A stretch of 64,000 nucleotides of DNA from Selaginella moellendorffii (lineage: Eukaryota; Plantae; Lycopodiophyta), in NCBI RefSeq assembly GCF_000143415.4, contig NW_003314290.1, positions 1,160,932 to 1,224,931 on the forward strand, written 5' to 3'. Within the stretch, counting starts at the first letter, position 1. Every line of letters begins with the position of its first letter. Of this stretch, positions 11,650 to 23,413 are shown piece after piece. Both the position numbers and the translations under genes were made by a program. The notes beneath the pieces are model-generated. The model searched no databases. It saw only the letters and a program-made list of their open reading frames with translations, and had not been told where the DNA came from.

Positions 11650-13879
11650 CATATTTGTTTGGAATCAGGAGCTCCTCCTACCACCCGAGCTTTTATTCGT
11701 CCGGATCAGGAGGAACGCCAGCGTGTCGACGAGATGGTGGAGGAGCTATTAGCGGATGGAATGGTGGAATTGAGCTCGAGTTCTGGTTCTCAAACCTACC
11801 TCTGCCACCTCATATTCCTGCTATATATAATCGATCCCTCTAGGAGGAGTTTGTGCTGTCTCTTACTTCACCAAGGACATCCCAGAGGAGTTAGGGGCCG
11901 ATGATCTGTTCGAGCTCCAGGAGTTTATTCTCAAGGGAATGTGTTTTTCTATTTCATATGTCTTTCCCTTGACAGAAAATTCCATCCACTTTATTCCAGA
12001 GTTAACAACGATGTTTCCCAGAGTCTGGAGAATGTCAACTCCAAACACCACATTGACGGCCCCCATCTCAAGGACATGGAACGTCCCCTCCATCTGATAT
12101 CCTCCTACCTGTATGTTGCATCGGACCTCCGCCTCTGACAATAAAGTCCCACCATCAGTAATCCCCACAATTAGTGGCCTCGGCAGCAAAGATGTTGTGA
12201 GCTTCAACTTCTGGAGCCAACGTTTGTTGATAAACATATGTGACGCTCCAAAATTGACAACATGAACGCCTCATGCGAATAAATCTTACCTTTAACTCGA
12301 AGGCATTGCGGATGAGCTTTTCCAACAAACATATGCAAGGATCTACTTGATCCTCGGCACTCATACTACGGTCATTTGGCCTCCAGGATAAAGAAATCTC
12401 TCTGAGTGTCCAGTTGCTCTGCGGAGCAAGGAGCCACGGTGCCGTCTTCATAAATGTATTAGCACCACCTTCCCTTTAACTGGACGTTTTGTATACACTT
12501 CTCGATGCCCCTGGAACCAACGTCCTCCATAGTCAAAGCATTTGCCTTCCTTGATGTCGTCCAAGCGCTTAGTTCTGTCAACTGTAGAATGCACTAGTGA
12601 ACTAGTGGACAGGAAATAAACATTGATGAAGTCCGTGATGATGACACCAACGACGGTTTGTTGGTCCACTGGTTCCGTCCTTGGCATAGAGGATCATTCC
12701 ACAATGTCAACCAAGCCTCCAAGGTGCATGGCTTGGCAAACAGTCATTCGTCGCATTTGAGCAACATCAGAGCTCATGCGAGCAGGCAGCGACGCAATAT
12801 ATCGCTGAGTGGGCGCATCCTCCGGAACTCTATGAACGCCGAATCTTGATTTCAACCATGTTTCATTGAACTCTTGTAACTACTGGACCGCAAGATGTAT
12901 CGTAGTGTGAACTTGAGGGTAAATCCGCCACTGCTATTAACACAAACGAGCAGCCTTTTGAATTCTTCCCATGAGGGAGCCATCAAGAGCGTAGTAACCC
13001 CTTTAAGTATATCGATGCGAATGGAACTCTCTTTCGCTTTAGGGTGAAGTACAAAACACCTTTCCCGCATAATGAGTTAATAGGAACCTGTCCTTGTGGA
13101 GCCAACGATCCAGCTCTGGGCTCCGCCGCAGCAATCCACCGCAAGTCCTGAAGAAGCCACGGAGTGCTTCCCTAGGGCCATGATGGACGCCACAAGAAAT
13201 TTGGCGACGGCATCCCCCCAGTCCTGAAATGCCAGGGAATAAACGTTGCCACACTGTACACTGGCACAGCAGTCACGTAAGGTGGTGAACTAGAATTCAC
13301 CCCCGAAGTAGAGGTGAAAGCTGACAGGGGAAATGGGAATGTTGGGACGTTGGCAGCTGGGTCCACAGACACAAGCAAAGGCTGGCAAGAACCCAGACAA
13401 GCCGGAAAGGAGCTTCCTGAAGAGCTGGCATTTCGGCCATAGCCCTCAATTCCCGAACGAGCTGAATACAGGAGGTGCCGAAGACGGAAACTACCAATCC
13501 TCTGGAGCATCCTGGAACACTATCGACTCTTCCTACTCTTGCGAGAGAGAACCAACAATGCCATGGCTGTATCTACCTGAGAACCATAATCAGGATCCCT
13601 TATAGAAAAGAAAAGATCACCCTTTCCTCATACACTTGAAAGAATTGAGCTTGTGTTCTTTTGCAACTCCTCTTGACCTCTGCCACCTCACATCCCTTCT
13701 ATATGTAATTGGTCTCTTACACCTCCCTATTGGCTACGCCACAACACCCCTAGACTGAAATCAACTTTGCTATACATACAAAGCTCGGCTCTTTTATCTT
13801 GATCCCTAGGCACAGTTGGCAGCTGGATGCTATCCACATCTTGTGAGGTTTTCTTTCTACCCTACATTTATCCCCGACA
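11650..13879 (-). mobile_element. Truncated, rearranged Ty3/gypsy retrotransposon (LTR-like end, gag, aspartic protease, pre-RT linker)
   Basis: Minus strand: gag knuckle-like KEGKCFDYGGRWFQGH, protease-like FHVLEMGAVNVVFGVDILQTLG, then PPRGID. Plus strand 11659-11785: LESGAPP..VDEMVEELLADGMVELSSS (pre-RT motif). Candidate LTR start TG at 13879. Many frameshifts and stops. Confidence 0.8.
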
Positions 13880-14849
13880 GAATATTCAAATTTTCATCAC
13901 ATGTACTATAATTGTGTTCCTCAAGCCAGCTGCATATCCACAATCGGGCTCCTAGAAGCCTTGAATTGTTAAACAAGTCGATTAGAACAACAAACGCTAG
14001 TAAACCAGCTAATCACTGATTTGTAGACATCAGTTCCTTCTCGGATCAACCTCCTTCCTCTAAGCAGCAGATTCAAGGCACTCCATCCATTGCGTATAGG
14101 CTTTGAGTGGAATGCCTGCCCAAAATCTTGGCCAGTGGCACTGGCCTTGGTGTATCAACTGGAAATGCCAAAAGAAAAAATATATATGTGTTGTACTCAA
14201 TAATATATCCAGGAATATGCCCAGAATTATACTTATGCTCTAACAATGGCAAGAACCCATAGCTGGAAAAGAATCCAAGTCTAGCACATACAAAGGACAA
14301 AGGATGGATGATGAAAATGGAGATAATAGAGAAGAAATGAGAATAAGGTGTAAACTTTAAAAACACATAGAAAAACCAAAGAAAAACTATAGGGTCAAAC
14401 TAGAATCTGACTATGAGAAAATGGAGAAATGAATAAATGACAAGAGCTTAAAAAAAGAAGGAAGCTAAGTAAAAATGTGTCAAACTGGTTCTAGCTTGAG
14501 AACCATTGCACTAAAGTATCTTTAACTCCCATAATCAACTTTAAATTTAAGTGAAAGAGAAGAAAAGAAGAGTAAAAACAGTTAGCGATATAGTCTCTAT
14601 AGCTATATAGAAGAAAAAGTGGCAGATTATTGATGTTAGCGGATTATCCATGCCAAAAGCTGATGCTTGTTGAGAGAGGTGGAATGAAATAGAAGCACTT
14701 CATAAGACATACCTAGATGCCTCTGTATACAAAGCCCAACTAGATATTGGAAATCTCAATTTGCTACAAAATAAAAAATGTTATGCTATATGTAGAGGAA
14801 AATGAATCTTGAGCGTCATAACTACAGATCATCTTGATGATTAGCTTCA

Positions 14850-15060
14850 ATGTGGAAAATTGCTGAACGTTTACAACAACACAGCATGCCTACAGTTGAT
14901 TATGAATCAAGTACACCATGGGAGGAATAAACACTTCGAAATGTTCCACTATTTCATAGAGAGCGGATTGAAGAGAGGAGGTGAAGCTGAAGTACATTTC
15001 TGCTTACGTCTGTAATTTGCCAGTTTGAATGCTTACAACAACAGCTCGGACTGGTTGCAC
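14850..15060 (+). mobile_element. Degenerate Ty1/copia RNase H remnant
   Basis: LNVYNNTACLQLIMNQVHHGRNKHFEMFHYFIE resembles copia DNxxAIxLxxNPVxHxRTKHIxIxYHFIRE. Confidence 0.7.
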
Positions 15061-15754
15061 AAAGGGAATAGCAATCTGATAACAAAAGTGAGACCCAGTG
15101 TTGGAACAACTAGAAACAGATCACAATACGTGATCAAAGGAAACTTTATGCGTGATTGAGGCGCAACCAAAGGAAAGTTTATGTATATATCCCAAGAGGG
15201 AATTCACCATCAATACTCAAGGATTGTTTTTCTATCACTAGCTGCTCCGTCCATTGTGTGTAGGCTTCAGATGGAATGCCTCTAACTATGACCCTTGTGG
15301 TCGCGAAGTAGTTGCCACCTTCACCTATGGCCGACCACTATCCATTAATCCAAAACCCTTTCTCCGACATGGAAACGCAAGGTTTCACAGCGCCAGAGAC
15401 ACCTCTGGATCTGCATGGTCTGATAAAGACAGTAACTTGTCCTTCTGCAAATGCAATAGGAGTCGACGAAGTGAGAATGCAGATGACACAATAGTGTTTT
15501 GAACTCTGGGGAAGTGAGCTCTTGGTGCTTTGTCTCACGTGGAGTGCGCAATGCATCTCGAAAACGAGCATTCCACACATCCTCTCCATAAGAAAACTCA
15601 GCTCATTCCCTGGATGAAGCAGCAAAAATGTGCGAGAGGCCGCCGAATTCGTCGCCTCAGACGGCATTACTCTTCCAAGTCTCTTGTTGATAATCTCATG
15701 TTAATTAATCTTACTTATTAATTAACACAAAATATTTTTGTAGTTTTCATTTTT

Positions 15755-18700
15755 TCAGCTCCTTTGACGATCACCTTGATCGTTTGGAGTCGAGTTTCCA
15801 GCTTCATAGCCACGAGAAGAATTCTGGTCAGGCGCGTTATAATCGCGGCCATACCCGGGAGAGTTTTGAGAAGCCGCTCCATAGCCGCTGGAGCCATAGC
15901 CGCCACCTTGGGACGAGTTGCCACCATAGCCATACGAGGAAGGAGCTTGACTGGATCCATACGAGCTTTGAGAGCCTCCATAGCCAACACCCCCAGATGA
16001 AAATCCTGTTCCTGTGTTTGGTGTGCTTGAACCATACCCATTGCCGGGATTTCCACCGTAGCCGCCACTAGCATTGTTGGTGGAGGCAGAGTTGCCATAG
16101 CCGTAGTTAGTCCCAGCAGCCGAAGGAGAATTGCCATAACCGTAGTTGCCGGAAGTTCCATAGCCAGTGTTCCCAGCCGACGCACCATAGCCAGGTTGAG
16201 ATGGAGCACCATATCCTCCTCCGGTTGAGGAACCGTATGAAGGAGTTGTGGCACCGGTTGATCCTCCCGAGCTCCCGGCACCTTTCCTCCAGCCATAGTC
16301 AGTCCCTGCGTTGGGAGTCGTCGGGTTGGCATTGTAGCCTCGAGCTCCGCCAAATGATGTTTCTCCAAAGCCACTCGACGAATTTCCTCCAAATCCAGTC
16401 GACGAGTTCCCTCCGAAACCACTAGAAGACGTTCCACCGTATCCAGTGGATGGAGACGTTCCACCATATCCAGTAGATGAGGACGTTCCACCATAGCCAG
16501 TGGAGGAACCAGAACTTGCACCAAAGCCCGCTCCATTGTATCCAGTGGATGAACCGGAGGTTCCACCGTAGCCAGTCCCGCCGTAGCCTGTGGAGGAACC
16601 AGCATTTCCACCAAAGCCAGTGGAAGAGCCAGTGGCGTAGCCAGCATCCCTGCTGTTGGAACCGTAGCCAGCGTCCCTGCTGTTGGAGTTGGACCACGAT
16701 CCAGATCCACCGTAGTTTGAAGAGTTACCGAAAGTGGAACCGTTGTTTCCACCATAGCTTGGAGAGCTATAGTTTCCTGACCTGTTGCCATACGAGGATC
16801 CGGATCCACTGTTATAGGATGACCCCCCATAGCTCGAGCCTTCACTTCTACCATAACCACCTCCACTGTTGTATGAGGAACCATAACCGGAACCAGTGCG
16901 ACTTCCTCCATATGAAGAACCTCCAAAGGACGAGCCACCCCTGTTGCCATAAGATGAACCGCCGCCGTACGAGGATCCGCCACTCCTAAATCCTCCACCG
17001 AAGCTCCTTCCTCGACTGAATGATGACTGGAAGTAGTCTTCTTGTAAATCGGGAAGCTGCCAAACCGCTTGTCAGGAACAAACAGCAAGAAACATAAATA
17101 TGTACTTACAACTTTTACAGCAGTGAGAACATTGCTTCCGACATTTTGAAGTGCAAGAATCTCCTTGGCAAGATCTTCTGGAAGATCGAACACCCCTCCG
17201 GTGGCCTGTTCACGCGGTCAGAAAAAAACATGCAGAAAGATAGAAACATACCGTCGAACTCGAAAGCATTGTAACTCTTCCCATGCTCATTCCTGCTTTG
17301 GAGCTAAGTTGCATTACAGCTGACGAGACCGCACTTGAGTCAATCAAATTTCCACCGGTCAGCTGCAAAGTCATGTATCCCTGCAGCGAACACCGTTAGT
17401 TCCACGATGAGAACAACAAGATTAATTACCTCCTCGTATGTCAAGAGAGATCGTTTGGGAGGGAGTTGAGTAACACCGCTAACATGGGCCATAGCTGCTG
17501 CAAGAGCGTTAACGCCCTGCTCTTCCAGTAGTTTTTGCGCAGCAGGCAGAAAGAGCTTTGCGAGATCCGGGTGCACGCTTTTGATCGACTCCGACGCATG
17601 ATCAGAAGAACTGGCAAGTACATCCTCAGCCGCAGGCGGGCCTATAGCTTCAAATTTGCAGCCAACTTCGCTTTCAATCGTGCGTAGGACCCTCTTTTGA
17701 TTAAGAGTATACATAAGTATACAGGTCCCCTTCTTGCCCGCTCGGCCTGTTCTTCCGGATCGATGAACGAAAGTTTCCGAATCTCCGGGAACCTCGTAAT
17801 GCACAATCTAAAGTAATAACTTGTTAAAACAAGGCCTCGCAGAGACAAAGTTCACTTACGAGATCCACATTTGGAATGTCAAGCCCCCGAGCTGCAACAT
17901 CCGTTGCGACTAGAACGTTGAATCTCCCGTCACGGAACCCACTCAGGGTCTTCTCTCTTTGGTACTGAGAAATATCCCCATGCAAGGCTTCACAACCAAT
18001 GGAACGGCTCATCACAGCAGCAACATCGTCCGTATCTCTCTTCGTCTTCGTGAATACTATGGCTTTGCCTCCTTTCGCATAGACCTGTAAGTAAATATTA
18101 TTTATACAAGTCCCAGTCATTAAAGTCGACAAACCGTGAGAAGATCGGCCAGAAGTTTGTTTTTTGCGAGGTCATTTGTAGAAACTGCATAGAGCTTGAT
18201 TCCTTCAGCAACTTTATCCTCATTTTCACCGACCTGTTCTTCGGAGTGTCAGAAAACGAACAAGTCAAATGATACACTTACCAGGTCTATCATTGTTGGA
18301 TTCTTAAGATACTTGCTTGTTAAGTTCCTTATCCAGCTCGGCATTGTCGCGGAGAAAAGCATGGTGTGACGCTGAAGCGGCAACTTTTGCATGATTCTCT
18401 CGACCTCCTCGGCAAAACCAACAGCAAGCATCTGATCCGCTTCATCCAGGATCGCAAACTTCACTTCGTTCAGTCTCAAGTCGCCCCTCTCAAGCATGTC
18501 GATGACTCGGCCGGGAGTTCCCACCACCACTTCAACACTGGATGCTAGTTGCCTTCGTTGGCCTTCGATACTAACACCACCATAGATGCAAACCACAGAT
18601 AAGTGTGGAGCTGCGAGCACAAGCTCGTTCTCAACTTGTTTCGCGAGCTCCCTAGTTGGTGCCAGAATGATTGCTCGTGGAGTTCCCGCTGGTCTGGATT

Positions 18701-19304
18701 CAAAGAAAAACAAAATCAAGCATTGTGTAGTACGATGTCAGGCTCACCTGAATTGCATACTACTCTTTTCCCTCGATATGTTATCCAGGATTGGAATCCC
18801 AAAGGCCAGCGTCTTGCCAGTTCCTGTCTTTGCTCGAGCGATGAGATCGAGTCCTTGCATTGCCGGTTGAAAGACAGCTCTCTGGAACAAAACAATGAAA
18901 ATTAACGACGTAGGGAATTAGATCTCACATACCTGGATAGGAAACAAATTCACAATGCCCCTCTTGGCAAGGGCGTCCACAATCCTGCTGTCGATGCCCA
19001 AGCTCGCAATAGCGAGCTCCTCGCTCGCGCTGGCATTCCCTGCCGAGAATGATGGACTGTCGCTGGTGACAGTAAACCCGGACAAGCTAGCCACGAGGGG
19101 CCTGCTACCGGCGCCATTGCCCAGGCAAACGATCTTGGCCGGGGCAGGGGCCGCGGAGGAAGAATGCCGGAGGATTACGATTGGCGGCCCTAGCAGCGGG
19201 AAACTCACACTCTTGCTGAAGACGCCGGCGCTCCCGAGCTTGGACGCTGCCGCCGACGATGGCGCTGGCGACGCGGAGGCAATGCTGCCAAGGACGCTCG
19301 CCAT
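15755..19304 (-). CDS. RH3: DEAD-box RNA helicase, RH3-like (plastid-targeted, GUCT region), with a ~430-aa Gly/Ser/Tyr-rich C-terminal tail
   Basis: Motifs [43 protein letters not shown]; GUCT-like [13 protein letters not shown]. The last exon 17056-15755 (434 codons, phase 0) is open in a frame missing from the ORF track and ends ..QGDRQRS*. Confidence 0.92.
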
Positions 19305-19613
19305 TCCTTTGCCCTAATCCAATCCTCCGTCGCTCATCCAAAGCCCGTCTGGGCGAGATCTTTCATTCAAGGCACACAAGTGCTCCACATCAAGGGTTTT
19401 ACAAATATCTGGATGGGGAATATCCAGAGTTGATTCTATAGTCAAACTGTTGTTGACTAGCCCTAAAAGGTTGCCTAGAGTTGACTAAAGGAAGAAAGCT
19501 CTCTTCCTTTTTGTTTATCGTTTAGTGCGACTCCCAGATGCTGTGCCGTTGGCAAGCGAGAATCCTCACGCATTCTCGGCCATTCTCTCGATGATCTCGC
19601 CTTTTTTTTCGAT

Positions 19614-20201
19614 CTAGATCACAAGCAGCAAGGCCAAAAGCCCCAAACTCGTGGGAAGAGCGGGCCCGTGACGCGCCCCAAAATCTGGGAAAGAAGACCG
19701 CGCGGACGACGAGGGCGATGAGAAATCCGATGCTACCGATTGCGAGCTGGAGGCCACTGACGCATAGATCGCCACTTTCATGCCCGTGATGCAATGCCCC
19801 GGGATCCCGCAGATGAAAAAGTTCTTGCGCGCCGCCAGGGTGATCGCCCGCCCGCTCAACAAGCCCTGGACTGGATTGTGAATGTTGCACAGCACGTAAT
19901 CGATCTCGTTCACCATCAGCACCGAGTGAGATCCGCTGAAAACAAACACTGTTCCCGAAACCCAAGATCAATCAAAGACTGCCCATGGAATGAAAATCGC
20001 TCGGATTCCTCTTATCATTCGCGAAGAGCTCTTACCGACGCTATCGCCCAATGCGAACGGGTACTTGGCCGCCCATTGAGTGTAATTCACGTTGAGATTC
20101 CAACCCAGATTGTCGCCCACCTTGTAGAGTGCCGCGCTCGCTGCGAATCGCACCCAAAACCCAAGAACAAGGCCAAGAACAAGGGATAGAAATCGACCCA
20201 T
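19614..20201 (-). CDS. Phytocyanin (blue copper, plastocyanin-like domain) with signal peptide and probable GPI anchor
   Basis: YKVGDNLGW..YTQWA..GDSV|VFVF..HSV..C..FFICGIPGHCITGMKV; ligands H, C, H, M intact; hydrophobic C-terminus. Confidence 0.92.
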
Positions 20202-20419
20202 ATCACTCGCACGCTCGTGCTCGCTCGATCGAGGCCACTATTCACGACCTTTTTCATCTCGATGGACTTCCGTGCAAGCAGATTCACTAAAAAATCACAC
20301 AAATTCCATTCCATAATTCCAAGAACAGGGTTTCCAGTATGTTACATTTCTCCGTTTGGAGAAGAGGGAAGAACAACAAAGACATGGTATTCACAATGGA
20401 ATTCCATTCGCCACGATTT

Positions 20420-20794
20420 CTATTGCGTGGCCAGGCGCGAGGCGATCGAGGAGTGGTACATCGTGTCGTGGTGGGCATCCAAGCCCTTAAGCCGCTGGCG
20501 AAGGATCCTGAATTTGTCCGAGGTGTTCTTGGCTGCTAGATCTACATTTGGAGCGAGTTCCTTGGCATCGTCTTGCGCAGCCCAGTCCTGCTGCTGCGAC
20601 GAGGAGGAGAAATTGAAGAGAGGACTCCACCACGCCTTGCCCTTTGCGGTGCTGCTGCTAATCAGATCCATCACTGCATCCTTTTGTGAGGACGAAGAAG
20701 CCACAGACAAAGATGGAGAGGAAGATCTAATTCTCTGCTCACTACCACGAGCGCGGATCGACGCAACTGGGACGAAGCTCGCGATCGCCGCCAT
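20420..20794 (-). CDS. Small conserved plant protein of unknown function (WWxPLF...HDxMYHSxIASRLA family)
   Basis: Intact 124-aa ORF with KAWWSPLF and HDTMYHSSIASRLA, recalled from a conserved land-plant small-protein family. Confidence 0.8.
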   Translation of the reverse strand: MAAIASFVPVASIRARGSEQRIRSSSPSLSVASSSSQKDAVMDLISSSTAKGKAWWSPLFNFSSSSQQQDWAAQDDAKELAPNVDLAAKNTSDKFRILRQRLKGLDAHHDTMYHSSIASRLATQ

Positions 20795-21028
20795 TCCTTT
20801 TCTCTAGCTAGGTATGCGCGCTTCTTTAGGATAAGAACCCTCGCTTCTTTATAGCACTTTTCCCGTGACCTTTTCCCACGGGGATATTCTCAAAATATCC
20901 CCAGGATCCGGCGCATATACTCTTGCGCCACGTTGACCTAAACCTGGGCTTTTCGATTCCCGCGTTTGTCGTTATTTAAAAAACTGGCACATTCGCAGGG
21001 ATATACCTTATCCACGGAGAGTTCCGTA

Positions 21029-21788
21029 CTAGGCTTTCTGGATGCTTGGATCGCCGTTGCCCTGGCACTTATCGACGGTGGCGGAGAGCTCGTACGGAGA
21101 GGTGTCCGTGGCGAGCCACTGCTCGATGGTGAAGAGGCGCTGGGAACAGCCGAGATGCGGGCCCGTGATGCTCACCTCGGCGTAGTTGACGTACCAGCCG
21201 TGGTGGCTGCCGGATCCATCCGAGGTGAGGACGAGCTTGCAAGGGGTGGTGCTCAGGCAGGAGCCGCGGCCGCTAAACACGTCTAGATTGCCGCGCTCGA
21301 AGTAGTTCCAGCCGCTCGGCATCAATCCGCCCCATGTCTCGATGTTGTCGATGGTCAGGCTGTTGTTGTAGGTGTCGATGAGCTCCACGCTCATGTTGGC
21401 GTCGGATCCGCCCTTGAAGATGCTGCCGGTGCGCACGTAGATCGTGTAGACACAGTTCCCGAGCTGGAACACACCGAGACGATGAGGAATTTCGAAAGGA
21501 TTGTCCAAGAAGTGGAGAAGAGAGACCGAAATATCGATCGAAAGATATCCAGACAGCCAACCGAGAGAGAAGAGATCGAGAAGAGAGGAAGATCCAGAGC
21601 GAAATATCGGCCAGGGCTTAGAACAAGAGATCGAGAGGAAAGGGATTGCTACTTCAAGAAAAAACGCTTACCGATTCGGAGTTTTGCGCTCTAGATCCCG
21701 CGAATGCTGCCGCGGCCGGATTGGAGAGCGCTATCGCCAGCGCCAGCGCCGATGCGACGATCGAAAGCCCCCACATTAGAGTCCACAT
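21029..21788 (-). CDS. PLAT/LH2 domain protein (PLAT1/2-like), secreted
   Basis: Signal-peptide exon, then CVYTIYVRTGSIFKGGSDA..WGGLM..YFERGNLDVFSGRG..SDGSGSHHGWY..F.IEQWLATDTSPYEL. Confidence 0.93.
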
Positions 21789-21984
21789 TGGAAAAAGGCG
21801 AGGATGGATCGATCGACAGCACGAGAAGAATGTGGGCGCTTCAATGTGACGAATCGATGCCCTCAAATATCATAGAGCCAGTCAAATAAAGAGGCATCTC
21901 GTCGGCATCCGCTTGTAAGAATCTTTTTTAGTTTTTCCTTTACCATTCATACGAGGAGTTTTACCTCGCTAGGGTTCTTGGGAG

Positions 21985-23319
21985 ATGCTGCATTGTTCTC
22001 CCTTCGTGTCTCCAACGGTTGGAAGCGCTAGGGTTTGCCGGATTGGATTGCTAGCGGTCGCGAGCTCCTCGATTTTGCAGCGGAGGGGATTCAGGAGTCT
22101 TGCCGCCGCTGCTGCGAGCTTGGAGGCCGAGGTCGAGGAGGATTTCACTCCTCAATCTGGGGAGAAGAAGAGATTGCCGCACACGCCCGTCCTAGTGAGG
22201 CAATTCCTGGAGCATTTCGAAGGAAGAAGCGTCAAAACCTTCTTGGATTGCACTGTGGGAGCTGGAGGCCATGCTTTCGAGGTAACAACTCGATTGTCAA
22301 TAGAGCAATGGTAGTGAATTACACTCCATCCTTGCAAAGATTATCCAAGCGCATCCGGAGCTGGAGACGTTCGTGGGAATGGACGTTGATCCCTGCGCGC
22401 TCAAGCTGGCGAGACAAAGATTAAGCGATCTCTCAGGTAGCATGGCGAAGGTGGATCTTTTCCATGCCAATTTTAAGAACATGAAGAAGGATCTCAAAGA
22501 ACGAAATCCTGAGCTCTTGGAGCGGGGCTTCGATGGGATTCTTTTGGACCTGGGACTTTCGTCAATGCAGGTAAGCCGTGAATGCCAATCTTTCTAGTTT
22601 TCACTTCCTTTTCCAGGTTGACGCTCCCGAGCGAGGCTTTAGCTACTACTTGGATGGACCTCTGGACATGAGAATGGATTCGAGTGTAAGTCTATTTCTT
22701 CATCGTGATAGAGATCTCACGGGAACTTGCTTGCAGGATGTTCTTGGGCTCACCGCGGAAGCCATTTGCAACAACTGGTCCGCCGCTGAGATTGGCCGCA
22801 TCTTGCGAGAGTATGGCGAGGAGATGCGGTGGAAGTTCCTGGCGAGCCGGATCGTGGACGCGCGGCTCAACGGCGGGATCAAAACAACGAAAGATCTCGC
22901 CAGCGTTGTTGGAGGAAGATTCACTTCAGGTAAGGCCTTACACACACCACTCGTGGAACTCATATTTTACTTCTCTCCTACCGGCAGGGAGATTCAAGAG
23001 AGCCAGGCACCCGGCAGCTCGGACGTTCCAAGCGCTGAGAATCGCCGTGAACGACGAGCTCAAGTCACTGAGGTCCGCCATCGGGCACGCGAGCAGCTGC
23101 CTGGCTCCCGGTGGTCGCCTGGCGGTGATTTCTTTCCACAGCCTCGAGGATCGCATCGTCAAGTACCAGTTCAAGGAGCTGTCGCTGGTGTTCGACAAGG
23201 CGGACTTGGCGTTCATGCTGCTCACCACGAGCCCGATCACGGCCGACGCCGCGGAGATCGAGAAAAACTCCCGGTGTAGGAGCGCCAAAATGCGAGTGAT
23301 CCAGCGGCTATGCCAATGA
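21985..23319 (+). CDS. rsmH: 16S rRNA m4C methyltransferase RsmH/MraW, organelle-targeted (copy 1, canonical)
   Basis: 5 exons; HTPVL, DCTVGAGGH, GILLDLGLSSMQ, ERGFS..DGPLDMRM, YGEE, FQALRIAVNDEL, ISFHSLEDRIVK, NSRCRSAKMR. Confidence 0.95.
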
Positions 23320-23357
23320 AAGAAAGCTTTCGTCTCGTCCAAGCTTGCACAAGAGTT

Positions 23358-23386
23358 TGAGGTTTAGGGTTTAGGGTGTAGGGTTT
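23358..23386 (-). promoter_or_regulatory. Telo-box / telomere-like TTTAGGG repeats upstream of protein B
   Basis: tttgaggtttagggtttagggtgtagggttt in the 94-bp intergenic gap; AAACCCTA telo-boxes are typical of plant translation/ribosome-related promoters. Confidence 0.55.
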
Positions 23387-23413
23387 TTGGGCAGGGAGGA
23401 CAGCGAGCGAGCG

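Noticed and set aside
15100-15720. Short plus-strand ORFs between the copia remnant and the helicase 3' end
   Set aside because: No recognisable motif, and no consistent spliced model could be built.
15718-17193. 491-aa ORF (MFDLPEDL...) as the helicase C-terminus
   Set aside because: It reads through an intron into a shifted frame; the MAMV/LERR-like text is the shadow of GYG repeats. The spliced Gly-rich frame fits the splice phase and carries the shared motif.
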